Shown piece by piece: positions 1 to 8,474 of a stretch of 64,000 nt of DNA. Every line of letters begins with the position of its first letter. Within the stretch, counting starts at the first letter, position 1. Position numbers and translations under genes: made by a program. Below the pieces are notes generated by a model that was given only the letters and a program-made list of their open reading frames with translations, made no database searches and had not been told where the DNA came from. Origin of the DNA: a virus (taxonomy: Duplodnaviria > Caudoviricetes); IMG/VR virus record IMGVR_UViG_3300014205_009256, positions 14,330 to 78,329 of that record; one strand, given 5' to 3'.

Positions 1-289
1 CGCGCGGCTGCATGACGCCCACGGCATGGCAGATCGCCGACAGTTCGCTCCTGGCGATCTTCACCGCCGTGGCGTTGGCGTTGTTGAGGTTGAGCCGCGC
101 CCAGACGACCCGGTTCTTGTACTCGCCGTCCAGGATCGTGAAGGTGAACTGCAGGTAACTGCCGCCGCCGTTCTTGGTCGGCTTCATCTCCGACTCGGTG
201 ATGGCGGCCAGGTACTTGCCCGCGGGCAGGGGCTCGAAGCTGCTGGTCGGTTCGACTTCGTTCGCGTTGAATGTGCCGAGATTGGCCAT
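1..289 (-). CDS. DUF669-family phage protein (runs off window)
   Basis: My translation: MANLGTFNANEVEPTSSFEPLPAGKYLAAITESEMKPTKNGGGSYLQFTFTILDGEYKNRVVWARLNL; adjacent to AAA_24 gene. Confidence 0.85.
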   Translation of the reverse strand, partial: MANLGTFNANEVEPTSSFEPLPAGKYLAAITESEMKPTKNGGGSYLQFTFTILDGEYKNRVVWARLNLNNANATAVKIARSELSAICHAVGVMQPR

Positions 290-292
290 GGG

Positions 293-1132
293 TCAGTTCT
301 CCTTGCTGGGGTTGGTGTTCTGCTCAGCGCCCACCAGGCGCATGGTCGGCCTGGCGGCGTTTCCGATGGGTTCCGGGTTCTGGATGAGGGCCTGCATCAG
401 CGCCGGCCACGAGAGCGGCAGTTCCGCCGGCAGGCTGTAGCGGTTCTTGGCCACGCAGGCCGGGCTGCCGACGGTGCGCAAGATGCGCTCGCCGCCGTCC
501 TTGCCCAGACCGGCGGCGATGGTGCGGTCGCGGCCGAAGCCGCCGTCCTCGGTCTTGGTGATGATCTTCCGCGTGGCAAACAGCACCGCGTCGGACCATT
601 CGGTCAGCAGCGCCGTCACATGCTTGTGCAGGCGCGGCGAGTACCGGTCGTAAGCGGCGTGCTCGGGGTCCTCGAACTTCTCGACCTTCGCGTGGGCCAG
701 GAGGATCACGCACATGCCGCGCTGGGTGCGGAGCGTGTTCAGGTCCGTCAGCAGGCGACGCCAGTGGGTGAGGGCGTGGGTGTAGCCCCGGGCGTAGCCG
801 CCATCGACCTTCTCGATGCTGGTGACGCCGTACTGTTCGCACAGCACGTCCCACACCAGGCGCTCGAGCCAGTCGGCCGAGTCGATCACCACGGTCTCGA
901 AGTCGTGTTGCTCCTGGATGAGCGTGCGGAGCGCCGTGTCGACATCGCCCAGGTTCTTGGCCAGCGGGAAACTGGCGCAGTCGATCTGGTCGAGGCCGTC
1001 TTCGGTGGGGATGAAGATCGGCGTGGGGGCAGCGGCGGCGGTGGTCGACTTGCCGATGCCCTCAGTCCCGTAAATGAGCAGGCGCGGCGGGGAATGCTTG
1101 CGCCCGCGATGGATGTTCTGGATCATGGTCAT
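293..1132 (-). CDS. AAA_24 family ATPase (Sak4-like phage recombination protein)
   Basis: Walker A GTEGIGKST, TEDG motif, Walker B VVIDSAD, C-terminal AKNRY; start reset to MTMIQ after AGGAGA. Confidence 0.85.
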   Translation of the reverse strand: MTMIQNIHRGRKHSPPRLLIYGTEGIGKSTTAAAAPTPIFIPTEDGLDQIDCASFPLAKNLGDVDTALRTLIQEQHDFETVVIDSADWLERLVWDVLCEQYGVTSIEKVDGGYARGYTHALTHWRRLLTDLNTLRTQRGMCVILLAHAKVEKFEDPEHAAYDRYSPRLHKHVTALLTEWSDAVLFATRKIITKTEDGGFGRDRTIAAGLGKDGGERILRTVGSPACVAKNRYSLPAELPLSWPALMQALIQNPEPIGNAARPTMRLVGAEQNTNPSKEN

Positions 1133-1149
1133 CAGAAGGTCTCCTGTGG

Positions 1150-1452
1150 TTAGTTGAGGTACTCGGGCATCAGCCAGGTCATGGCCATGCGGCCGCTGAC
1201 GCTGCACGGACGCGCCGGGCCGTTGCGCACCTGCCCGTCGGCGCGGATTTCGGGCAGGCGCTTGTGCGCCTTGATCCCGATCCGCGCCTCGATCTCGCGG
1301 GCCGTCAGGCCGGGGTGGTGCCGGACGACCGCCAGGCACATCTCACGCTGGTGGTGCGCCAGGCCGCAGGCCCGCAGGTGCCGCCCGGCCAGCGCCGAGG
1401 TCGGCGGATCGCAGTTGCGATGGTTGCAGTGATGCTTGCAGTGCATGTTCAT
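1150..1452 (-). CDS. Small winged-HTH-like protein
   Basis: HPGLTAREIEARIGIKAHKRLPEI; RBS-like GGAG upstream. Confidence 0.6.
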   Translation of the reverse strand: MNMHCKHHCNHRNCDPPTSALAGRHLRACGLAHHQREMCLAVVRHHPGLTAREIEARIGIKAHKRLPEIRADGQVRNGPARPCSVSGRMAMTWLMPEYLN

Positions 1453-1514
1453 TGCTCCGTAAAGCTGGTGGATCTGTCGTTGACACATCCCGTCGCGCTG
1501 GCCAGCGGGGGAAA

Positions 1515-1591
1515 GGCAGGTGCGGGAGTCGAACCCGCCGTTCCGAGGCGAAAGGCTTATGAGGCCCCGCGCCGGAATGCCCGGCCCTGCC
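1515..1591 (-). tRNA. Degenerate tRNA-like element, CAT anticodon loop
   Basis: GGCAGG/CCTGCC acceptor; T arm GCGGG-TTCGACT-CCCGC; anticodon arm GGGGC-CTCATAA-GCCTT; non-canonical D arm; no encoded CCA. Confidence 0.5.
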
Positions 1592-1659
1592 AGATGCGCC
1601 CGGGGTGGCCGTCGCTGAAGGACTCGCCACAAACCAAGCGGGCGCGGAGAGATGCTTGG

Positions 1660-2469
1660 TTACGCCACGTCCAGCATGCGGATGCCCTCGTAGCCGGTGG
1701 GCCACTCGTCATGCTGACGGCAGGCCAGGAGCCGCCGGATCGCCGCCTCGTTCTCCTGCCTGGCGATGGCCAGGGTGTCGTCGGTGACGCGCCACACGCC
1801 GCAGCGGTACGGCTCCTTCTTCTCCACCGCGATGAGGTGGACCGGCACCATCAGGCCGTCGAGGACCTGGGCGAGCACCGCCTGGTAGAAGGCCATCTGC
1901 TTGTGGTAGCCGTAGCGCTTCGAGTCGGCCTCGAACCAGGTCAAATCATCGGTGGTCTTGAGGTCGACGATGCCGCGATGGGGATGGAGCCAGTCGATGC
2001 GAATCTGGCATGGCGTGCCGCAGTACTCAGCGCGGACGACGCCTTCGGAGCGCCCGTAGAGCAGCAGGTCCACAGCCTCGTTGTTCATGGCCACGCCGCT
2101 GGCCATCTGTTCGATCAGGTCCACCTGGTCGTGGGAGAGCACTGGCTTGCCCTGCGATTCGGCCCAGGCGCGGAATGCCTGCGTGGTCGCGCCGTAAGGC
2201 TTGCCGGTCTGCGGGTTGATCGGTCCGCCCAGGGCGAAGGCGGCCGCGTAGGCATCTCGGCCTTCGAGGATGCGCACGTGCGCCGCCCGGCCGATCAGGT
2301 AGCTGGCCGAATCGCTGTCGGCCAGCAGCCCGATAGCCTTCTTGCGATGCAGCCAGGGGCACTTGATGAAGTCCAGCAACTGGTGGCTGCTGAGGAAGCG
2401 GTCCGCCTTGGCGTGGTAATCCGCGGCGGATTCGACTTCCAGAATGCTCAGGTCGATGTTGACTTCCAT
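1660..2469 (-). CDS. PD-(D/E)XK exonuclease-like protein (RecE/DUF3799-like)
   Basis: LSSHQL, IGRAAHVRILEG, QIRIDW...IVDLKTT, YHKQMAFYQ; ORF could start as far up as 2532. Confidence 0.85.
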   Translation of the reverse strand: MEVNIDLSILEVESAADYHAKADRFLSSHQLLDFIKCPWLHRKKAIGLLADSDSASYLIGRAAHVRILEGRDAYAAAFALGGPINPQTGKPYGATTQAFRAWAESQGKPVLSHDQVDLIEQMASGVAMNNEAVDLLLYGRSEGVVRAEYCGTPCQIRIDWLHPHRGIVDLKTTDDLTWFEADSKRYGYHKQMAFYQAVLAQVLDGLMVPVHLIAVEKKEPYRCGVWRVTDDTLAIARQENEAAIRRLLACRQHDEWPTGYEGIRMLDVA

Positions 2470-2532
2470 GTTCTCGCTCACGTTGCTGTTCTCCGTGTCA
2501 AGTGCCCCTGGCTCTCTGGCCATATGAGTCAA

Positions 2533-3162
2533 TTACCCGGCGCTGGCGGGTTTTGTCGGAGAAGGTTGGCCGACGTACAGACCCAGCCCCTTCTCCGCGA
2601 AGAACGCCCGCAACCGCACCAGGTGGTTCTCGTAGAAAGTGGCCTGCGCCACGCCCATCGCGCGGGCGACGTGCGAGATAGGAAGGGTCTGCAGCAACTC
2701 CGCCGCCCGTCGCAGGTCCGGCGGGAGCTCTTCGAGCACGGCCTGCACGTCAAGGCGCAGGTGAGTGCGCTCCTCGGCGTTCCGCCGGTACTTGCCCGAC
2801 CGGATGTCCTGATCGTCCTGGTCGACGGTGTCGAGTCGCTGGACAGGCGTCTCGCCGTCGCCGGCGGCGATGTCCTCGTTGAGCGAGCAGTCCTCACGCC
2901 GATAGTCCCGCACGTCCGACTCGCGGTAGCGGACCAGGTTCTGGCCCTTGCGGTCGATGACGCAGGTGACGAACAGCTTGAAGCTGGACCTGCTGGAGTC
3001 GTACTTCTTCAGGCGTTCCAGCAGGTCCACGAGCATCGCCTGCCGGATGTCCTCGAAGTCGTCGGCGGTGAAGCCAGCCTTGCCGACCAGTTCCGCCGCC
3101 TTGATGTTGACCATGTCCAATGCGAAATCCTCGAAATCATGAAGAAGCTTGTTGGTGTCCAC
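2533..3162 (-). CDS. ECF-like sigma-70 family factor
   Basis: Region 2-like EDIRQAMLVDLLERLKKYDSSRSSFKLFV and C-terminal HTH; GTG start 6 nt after GGAGG. Confidence 0.8.
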   Translation of the reverse strand: MDTNKLLHDFEDFALDMVNIKAAELVGKAGFTADDFEDIRQAMLVDLLERLKKYDSSRSSFKLFVTCVIDRKGQNLVRYRESDVRDYRREDCSLNEDIAAGDGETPVQRLDTVDQDDQDIRSGKYRRNAEERTHLRLDVQAVLEELPPDLRRAAELLQTLPISHVARAMGVAQATFYENHLVRLRAFFAEKGLGLYVGQPSPTKPASAG

Positions 3163-3168
3163 TGGGGA

Positions 3169-3273
3169 CCTCCCGTTGGCCGGGAGGCGTCGCGTGGATG
3201 CCGACAGAGGCTGCGATCACTTGCGCTGGAGGCGTTGCAGGATTGCCGCTTCTGCGGCACCCACAACGCCTCC
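3169..3273 (-). promoter_or_regulatory. Structured 5' leader of sigma gene 1 (long hairpin plus RBS-sequestering hairpin)
   Basis: Stem GGAGGCGTTG/CAACGCCTCC (3228-3273) with inner TGCCGC-AGAA-GCGGCA; CCTCCCG-GCCAA-CGGGAGG (3169-3187) pairs the GGAGG. Confidence 0.55.
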
Positions 3274-3342
3274 ACTAAGTGGCCGGTTAGTTGTCAGGTA
3301 CTCGGATACGTTTCGATCACATGGATGGGCCGCCAGCCCCGA

Positions 3343-3672
3343 TCAGGCGCACACCTCCTCCAGGGTCATCCGGAACGGAAGACCGCGCTGAATCTCGATG
3401 CACGGGACCACGCCGTCGCCCAGCGCCTCCAACTGGGCCAGCAGGTCGCGGACTTGGGCCTTGAGCGCGAAGTCGGCCTTCGCCGACTCCGCACGCGGCC
3501 CGTTCTCCCCGCCGAACTTGATCTCACGGATGATGCGCGGGCGCGGATCGAGCACCGGCTGGCCGGCGCGGACGACCAGGCCTTCGATGCGGCCGTAGTT
3601 CACCCACTGCATCAGTTCGATAAGCTTCCGCTGAGGGGGAGTCGCGCCGTCTTTCCAACCAGGAGCAACCAT
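3343..3672 (-). CDS. Conserved hypothetical protein upstream of sigma (paralog of 39257-39700)
   Basis: GGENGPRAE and GLP motifs shared with the paralog; same position before sigma. Confidence 0.7.
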   Translation of the reverse strand: MVAPGWKDGATPPQRKLIELMQWVNYGRIEGLVVRAGQPVLDPRPRIIREIKFGGENGPRAESAKADFALKAQVRDLLAQLEALGDGVVPCIEIQRGLPFRMTLEEVCA

Positions 3673-3780
3673 CGTTACTGTCCTTTCCGCGGGTTGGCAG
3701 GGGTGAGCACCACGCCCGCCCGTGCAACCGCGATGGGGGCAGTAAAAGGGATGGATTTCCGGCGCAACGATCGCGCAACG

Positions 3781-3815
3781 AAAAAAGCGGCTCAGAAATG
3801 CTCGTTCTGAGCCGC
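3781..3815 (-). terminator. Rho-independent terminator
   Basis: GCGGCTCAGAA/TTCTGAGCCGC 11-bp stem followed by six T on minus strand, downstream of the 729-aa gene. Confidence 0.75.
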
Positions 3816-3866
3816 TGTCGCGGGGAAACACGCTGAAAATTCTTCAGAAACCCGTGTGGCGCAACT

Positions 3867-6056
3867 TCAAACTTTCACGTTGCGCTGCTTTGGGGTGCGG
3901 ATTTCGGTCGTGATCGCATCCATGATCTGGAGCACCTCGTCGTTGGCCAGCCCCTTGGCCTTGGTGATCCACGCCTTGTAGCTGTCCACCTTCACGCGAC
4001 ACGCCCGTCCAGACTCGCCGTTAGACTCGATTTCACCGGCCTGCACAGCTCTGGAAATCGTGCCCTTGTCTGGTGATTCCTCTTTGCCCAGGACACGCTG
4101 TGTGGCACGCAGGACTTGCGCCTGCGTGGCCCAGGCAAATGCATCGCCAACTGGCCGCTCGACTACGGTGACCGGCACGCGTACCTGTCGTTCCATCCCG
4201 TACTTGACGAACCGCACATCCAGCGTGGCGGGAGCCCCGGGCACGGAGAAGGGAGCGCTCGTGCCGGGGCACAGATCGACTTGGCCCGAGGCCTCCGATG
4301 CGTCAAACAGGGTTCCCGAGGGGGCAGCGCACAGGCCGCGCGCGATCCCAATGCCCTCGTTGCGGATCGTCACCGTACCATTCTCACGAGTCGCCACCAG
4401 GTACGGCCACAGAGGCAGCCCGAACTGCTTGAGCATCGCATCGTCCAACGCGGCAGCGTCGGCCACGGTTGATTTGAGCACCTTGCCTCCATCCCCGACC
4501 GAGGAGGGCACTCGTCCCTCGGTTAGGAGCCGCAACGCCGCAGGCATGCCGGTAAGATTCGACGGCAAGGTCTTCGCGGCCGCCATGCACCAGTTGAGTT
4601 TGCCAAGAAGTTCATCGCACGAACCCTTTGTGGCCTTCAAGCGTTCGTGTAGGACGCCCACTAATTTCCACAGGATGGCGGCGAAGCAGTCCGGCGACAA
4701 ATCCTTCGGCTTCCAGCGGAGGCTATAGACCCTCACCTCATCACCGCCGGGATCGACGTCCCATGACTCAAGTTCATGGTCGATGGCCCAGGCAAGAATC
4801 GCCGTTTCAGCGCACGGCCGGCTCGGGGCATCGATGAGCTGCACCCGCTCCACCAGCGCCTCTGCCACAACGCCCCCGAGTTGCAGTGTCTGCGCGTCGG
4901 CCCGACAAGCGTCAAGGAGCGCCGCCGATTCCCTGGGGCTGCGGGCGATCAGTTCGCCAACCCGCATCTTGACATCGTCGGTAATGCCCACTGTGGGAAG
5001 AAGCTGGTTCAGGGCGCGCAGGTGCGGCTGCCACTTGTTCCACGGCTCGCCCAGGTTAAGCGCGTCGAAGAATTGCTGGCGCGCCGCAGTGCTGAGCATC
5101 ACGTCGCGGAACGGCGTCAAATCAACGTTGTCGGGGAACAAACCCAAATCGACATCCAGTTCATCCAGAGAGCGCGGCGTATGGGTGTAGTAGTCCGCGT
5201 CCAGAATCGCGCCCTCGGCCGTGTCCACCAACCGGTAGAACACGCGGGCTTGTTCCTCCGCCGTTTTGGGCTCGGTTTTGTAACTGATCTTGGGAAACCG
5301 CAGCCGCAGCGATCCGCTCAACCCGCGGATGAAGAACCGCACCTGGATGGGGTAGTTCAGGCAGCCGTCCCGCACCTCGATGTCCGAGTCAAAGGACTCG
5401 ATCCGCGCCTCCGGATCAACCTGAATCTCGCGTAGGCGATCCGCCTGCGGGTCGATGTACTGGCGGCTCTGGAAAAGCGCGTGGTCGATGCTCCGGTATT
5501 CCTGCCCCGAGGGATCGGCGAAACGCAGCATGTACAGCCGATCGACGAAGCGGTCGAAGCACAGCTTGCGGAGCTTGGCCAGATCGAACTCGCGCTTGGT
5601 CACGGCGTCTTTGGGAACATGCAGAAACGCTGCGTTGAAGTCGTTGAGCCGCTCATCCGTGATCCGCCGCCCGCCTCCGGTCGCCTTGAACCGCAGCAGT
5701 CCGTTCTCATCCCGCGCATAATGAACGCTGACCGTATCAACGATCACGTCCTGCCAGGCGAACCACAAGGGCCGGCGATTGTCGTAGTCATATGCCCGAA
5801 CCGACAACTCATCCTGTAGCCCCAGCACCACGTGCAAGGCATCGGTCGCGGTCGACTTTGTCCAGGCGAAGACGCCGAAGCGTATCTGCGGCGTCAGCCA
5901 CGCAGATTCCAGGCCCGCGCGAAGCGCGGGGTAATCGAATGGGACGTTCGTCTGGTACGACTGGATGGTGATTTCACGCTGGTCGAGGATGCCGTCGGCG
6001 CGCGGCGGAGTTGCCAGGTGCTGAATGTGGTCCCGAGGTTCGTATGAAGCCGCCAT
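3867..6056 (-). CDS. 729-aa hypothetical protein with C-terminal HTH-like module
   Basis: Long ORF; last ~85 aa align by eye with last ~85 aa of 6170-7138. Confidence 0.7.
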   Translation of the reverse strand: MAASYEPRDHIQHLATPPRADGILDQREITIQSYQTNVPFDYPALRAGLESAWLTPQIRFGVFAWTKSTATDALHVVLGLQDELSVRAYDYDNRRPLWFAWQDVIVDTVSVHYARDENGLLRFKATGGGRRITDERLNDFNAAFLHVPKDAVTKREFDLAKLRKLCFDRFVDRLYMLRFADPSGQEYRSIDHALFQSRQYIDPQADRLREIQVDPEARIESFDSDIEVRDGCLNYPIQVRFFIRGLSGSLRLRFPKISYKTEPKTAEEQARVFYRLVDTAEGAILDADYYTHTPRSLDELDVDLGLFPDNVDLTPFRDVMLSTAARQQFFDALNLGEPWNKWQPHLRALNQLLPTVGITDDVKMRVGELIARSPRESAALLDACRADAQTLQLGGVVAEALVERVQLIDAPSRPCAETAILAWAIDHELESWDVDPGGDEVRVYSLRWKPKDLSPDCFAAILWKLVGVLHERLKATKGSCDELLGKLNWCMAAAKTLPSNLTGMPAALRLLTEGRVPSSVGDGGKVLKSTVADAAALDDAMLKQFGLPLWPYLVATRENGTVTIRNEGIGIARGLCAAPSGTLFDASEASGQVDLCPGTSAPFSVPGAPATLDVRFVKYGMERQVRVPVTVVERPVGDAFAWATQAQVLRATQRVLGKEESPDKGTISRAVQAGEIESNGESGRACRVKVDSYKAWITKAKGLANDEVLQIMDAITTEIRTPKQRNVKV

Positions 6057-6169
6057 CCGCGTTCCTCACTCAAGGTATTCGATCCGGTCGCCACGCCGTC
6101 GGCAACAGCTCGCCGCTCCCGGCACCCGACAATGGCCCGGCTCGAACCTTGCGTCTGGGGTACGCAGGA

Positions 6170-7138
6170 TCAGCAGCGGTTCGATATTTCGCCGATGACA
6201 GCGTTGCGTACCTGGTCGAGTTCGTCCTTGGCCAGTTCACGGCTCTTACCGAGCCAGGCAATAAAGCTCTTAGTATCCACCATGCTCGCCCGGCCGGATT
6301 TCTGGTTCGTGGCAATCTCTCCGTTGCGGCACGCCCGCGAAAGGACACCGGCGTTCAGGCCGGAGTCCTGGCCGAGCACCTGGTTCGTGGCCCTGACCAA
6401 CTCAATCTGCCGCGCCCAAGCGTAACGATCCTCACTCGGCGCGCGAGTGGGGGTGCCTACGGGTTGAGCCTGCAGCATTACAGCCGTTTGGCACTGCGAC
6501 GGTGGTGAATGGAGTAGCGCGACATTTGATCCGGTCTCAACCAGGGCCGACATGGGCGTGGGAGCGGGCACTTCGACGCTGGTTGCTGGCGCGCTCGCCT
6601 GCGTTGATCCCTCGTTCTTCCGCCAAGGGTAGGTTGGTGCCTGCGGCGGCGTGGCGGCAGCTTGCCGCGCGCGGACCAGGCCGTAGGGTGTGGCCGAGAC
6701 GGCCGTCCGCATTCCCGATCCGCTCGGCATCCCCGGCGTCCAGCCGTCATAATCCTTTTTCTCGATGAGCCCGAGTGAGGCGGCTTCGGAGACGGCCGCC
6801 ATCGCTTCGAAGTTCACCCGCTGCACGTCCCACGTGGTGTGGCACAAACCGATCATCTGGGTCATCAGCAGTTCGATACGATCCACATCCACCCATCGTC
6901 GGGATTGAAGGCGCGGTCCGCCGAATCCGAAGGGAAGATGCGTGGGATTAAAGCGCGATATCTGCCCCAGCGCCGCGGTCAGCATGGTCACCGCGTGCGG
7001 CATCTCACCCCCGTGTCGGCCGGCCTTCCCACGTCGGGTCAGCTCGTACGCGCACGCCAGATCGTTCAGAATCTCCGGCGTGACCTGCGGGTCATCCGTG
7101 TCGATGCGGCAAGCCTCCAAGAAGAGTTCAACGGACAT
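6170..7138 (-). CDS. 322-aa hypothetical modular protein (N module shared with 34000-36843; C module shared with 3867-6056)
   Basis: MPHAVTMLTAALGQISRFNPTHLPFGFGGP vs LPHAVSLMIAAVAKLPQFNPKHLPFGYDGP. Confidence 0.7.
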   Translation of the reverse strand: MSVELFLEACRIDTDDPQVTPEILNDLACAYELTRRGKAGRHGGEMPHAVTMLTAALGQISRFNPTHLPFGFGGPRLQSRRWVDVDRIELLMTQMIGLCHTTWDVQRVNFEAMAAVSEAASLGLIEKKDYDGWTPGMPSGSGMRTAVSATPYGLVRARQAAATPPQAPTYPWRKNEGSTQASAPATSVEVPAPTPMSALVETGSNVALLHSPPSQCQTAVMLQAQPVGTPTRAPSEDRYAWARQIELVRATNQVLGQDSGLNAGVLSRACRNGEIATNQKSGRASMVDTKSFIAWLGKSRELAKDELDQVRNAVIGEISNRC

Positions 7139-7239
7139 TCACAGCACCTCGTTCCCAACTCACCACTGCAAATCTTCCAGATCGGTGCCTTCGCTCAACG
7201 CAGGCACCGTGGGCCGATGCGCGCGCGGATCGGCCCAGG

Positions 7240-8001
7240 TCAAAACAGCATTTGGGACCGTTGCCGCAGCAGTAGCCCGGTCTCCTCAAGACGGATGCGC
7301 ATCGCCTCCGCCGACACCTCAAATGTGGCGGCCAGCGGCCGCACGAACATCTCCATCAGGGCGCTGGCGGCGGTGAACTGGTCGGCCCGGCCTGCATCGC
7401 TCCGCTGGTTAATCTCGCTGCGCACGGTTTCCTCGCCGTATTCCTCCCACAGATCCTCCAGGCACACCGGCTCCAGGCTGCCGCGCCAGGCCTGCCAGCC
7501 GGCGCGAAGCAGGTCGGCGGGCATGAGCAGGTGCGCGGCGAAGTAGTCGGCCTGCCATTCCACGGGCTTCTTGGCCTCCGTGGACCGGCACACATACACC
7601 GGCTTGCCATCGGCACCAAACAGCTTCGACTGGTCGGGATTCTCTAGGAAGTATGCCCGGTGCAGCCGCCAGTGCCCCGTCTCGTGGGCCAGCGTGTACC
7701 GATAGCGCCCCAGCATCCGGGGGTGGGCGGTGGGATCGAGACTCGAATCCACGCGAACGGTCTTGTCGTTAATCCAGAGCGCGCCCAGCACATCGCCGAT
7801 CCCGAAGCGTTTCTTGAGGTCGTCGATCTCGAAGATGAGCTTGAGATGACACTCGAGAATGTCATCGACGGGCACCGGGGGGGCCGTCACCGCCTTGAAG
7901 CGCTCGCCGTACTCCGCCAACAGCAGCGCCGCCTCGTCCTGGAGCTGCTCCTTGGTGCGGTAAGGCACATCGCTTCGCGGGATTGCCGATCGCCGGGCCA
8001 T
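7240..8001 (-). CDS. ImmA/IrrE family zinc metallopeptidase
   Basis: RYRYTLAHETGHW (HExxH), EWQADYFAAHLLMP, ATFEVSAEAMRIRL; follows XRE gene. Confidence 0.9.
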   Translation of the reverse strand: MARRSAIPRSDVPYRTKEQLQDEAALLLAEYGERFKAVTAPPVPVDDILECHLKLIFEIDDLKKRFGIGDVLGALWINDKTVRVDSSLDPTAHPRMLGRYRYTLAHETGHWRLHRAYFLENPDQSKLFGADGKPVYVCRSTEAKKPVEWQADYFAAHLLMPADLLRAGWQAWRGSLEPVCLEDLWEEYGEETVRSEINQRSDAGRADQFTAASALMEMFVRPLAATFEVSAEAMRIRLEETGLLLRQRSQMLF

Positions 8002-8005
8002 CGCT

Positions 8006-8365
8006 TCAACCTTCCTTCTCCTTGAGCTTCCTGGCCTTGTCCACCAGTTGCCGCAACTGCTCGGCCGTGAGACCGCTGGCCTCACGCAGCAGCTCTGGCA
8101 TCTGCGTGGGCTGTTTCTGGATGATCTTCGGCAGGTCCTCGGGCACGCGGCCCGCCAGCGCGATCAGTTCATCCGCATTCTCGCCGAGAATCTCGGCCAT
8201 CTTCTTGACCCGCTCTGCGGTCGGCGGGTCGATGTTGCCTTGCTCGACCTGCGAAAGGTAGGTCGGGCTCACGCCCACCTGGTCCGCGAACTTCCGCAGG
8301 CTGATCCCCTTGGCCATGCGCTTTTCCCGCAGCACGTCGCCGAAGGGTTTCTGTTTGCCGCTCAT
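8006..8365 (-). CDS. XRE family HTH transcriptional regulator
   Basis: FGDVLREKRMAKGISLRKFADQVGVSPTYLSQVEQG. Confidence 0.92.
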   Translation of the reverse strand: MSGKQKPFGDVLREKRMAKGISLRKFADQVGVSPTYLSQVEQGNIDPPTAERVKKMAEILGENADELIALAGRVPEDLPKIIQKQPTQMPELLREASGLTAEQLRQLVDKARKLKEKEG

Positions 8366-8405
8366 GATCCGTGCCTCTTCTTCTTTCCGTGACGGCCAAT
8401 GAGTG

Positions 8406-8445
8406 TACGCTGTTTACTTTACACGCACACTGCTGAGCTTGTCAA
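8406..8445 (-). promoter_or_regulatory. Sigma70-like promoter of XRE with 13-bp box
   Basis: TTGACA-18 nt-TAAAGT on minus strand; box AGTAAACAGCGTA (8406-8418) overlaps the -10. Confidence 0.6.
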
Positions 8446-8474
8446 CATCGCATCGCTGTTCCGCCGCACCGGCC

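Noticed and set aside
2533-2575. TCCGACA...GGTA after both sigma genes as a cognate promoter
   Set aside because: Spacing differs between the two elements, and two examples are too few
26-3810. Long plus-strand ORFs (26-1153, 1264-3810) and similar antisense ORFs such as 9021-11276, 46028-48055, 48306-50267, 52769-54709
   Set aside because: They are shadows of well-supported genes on the opposite strand in high-GC DNA and have no recognisable motifs
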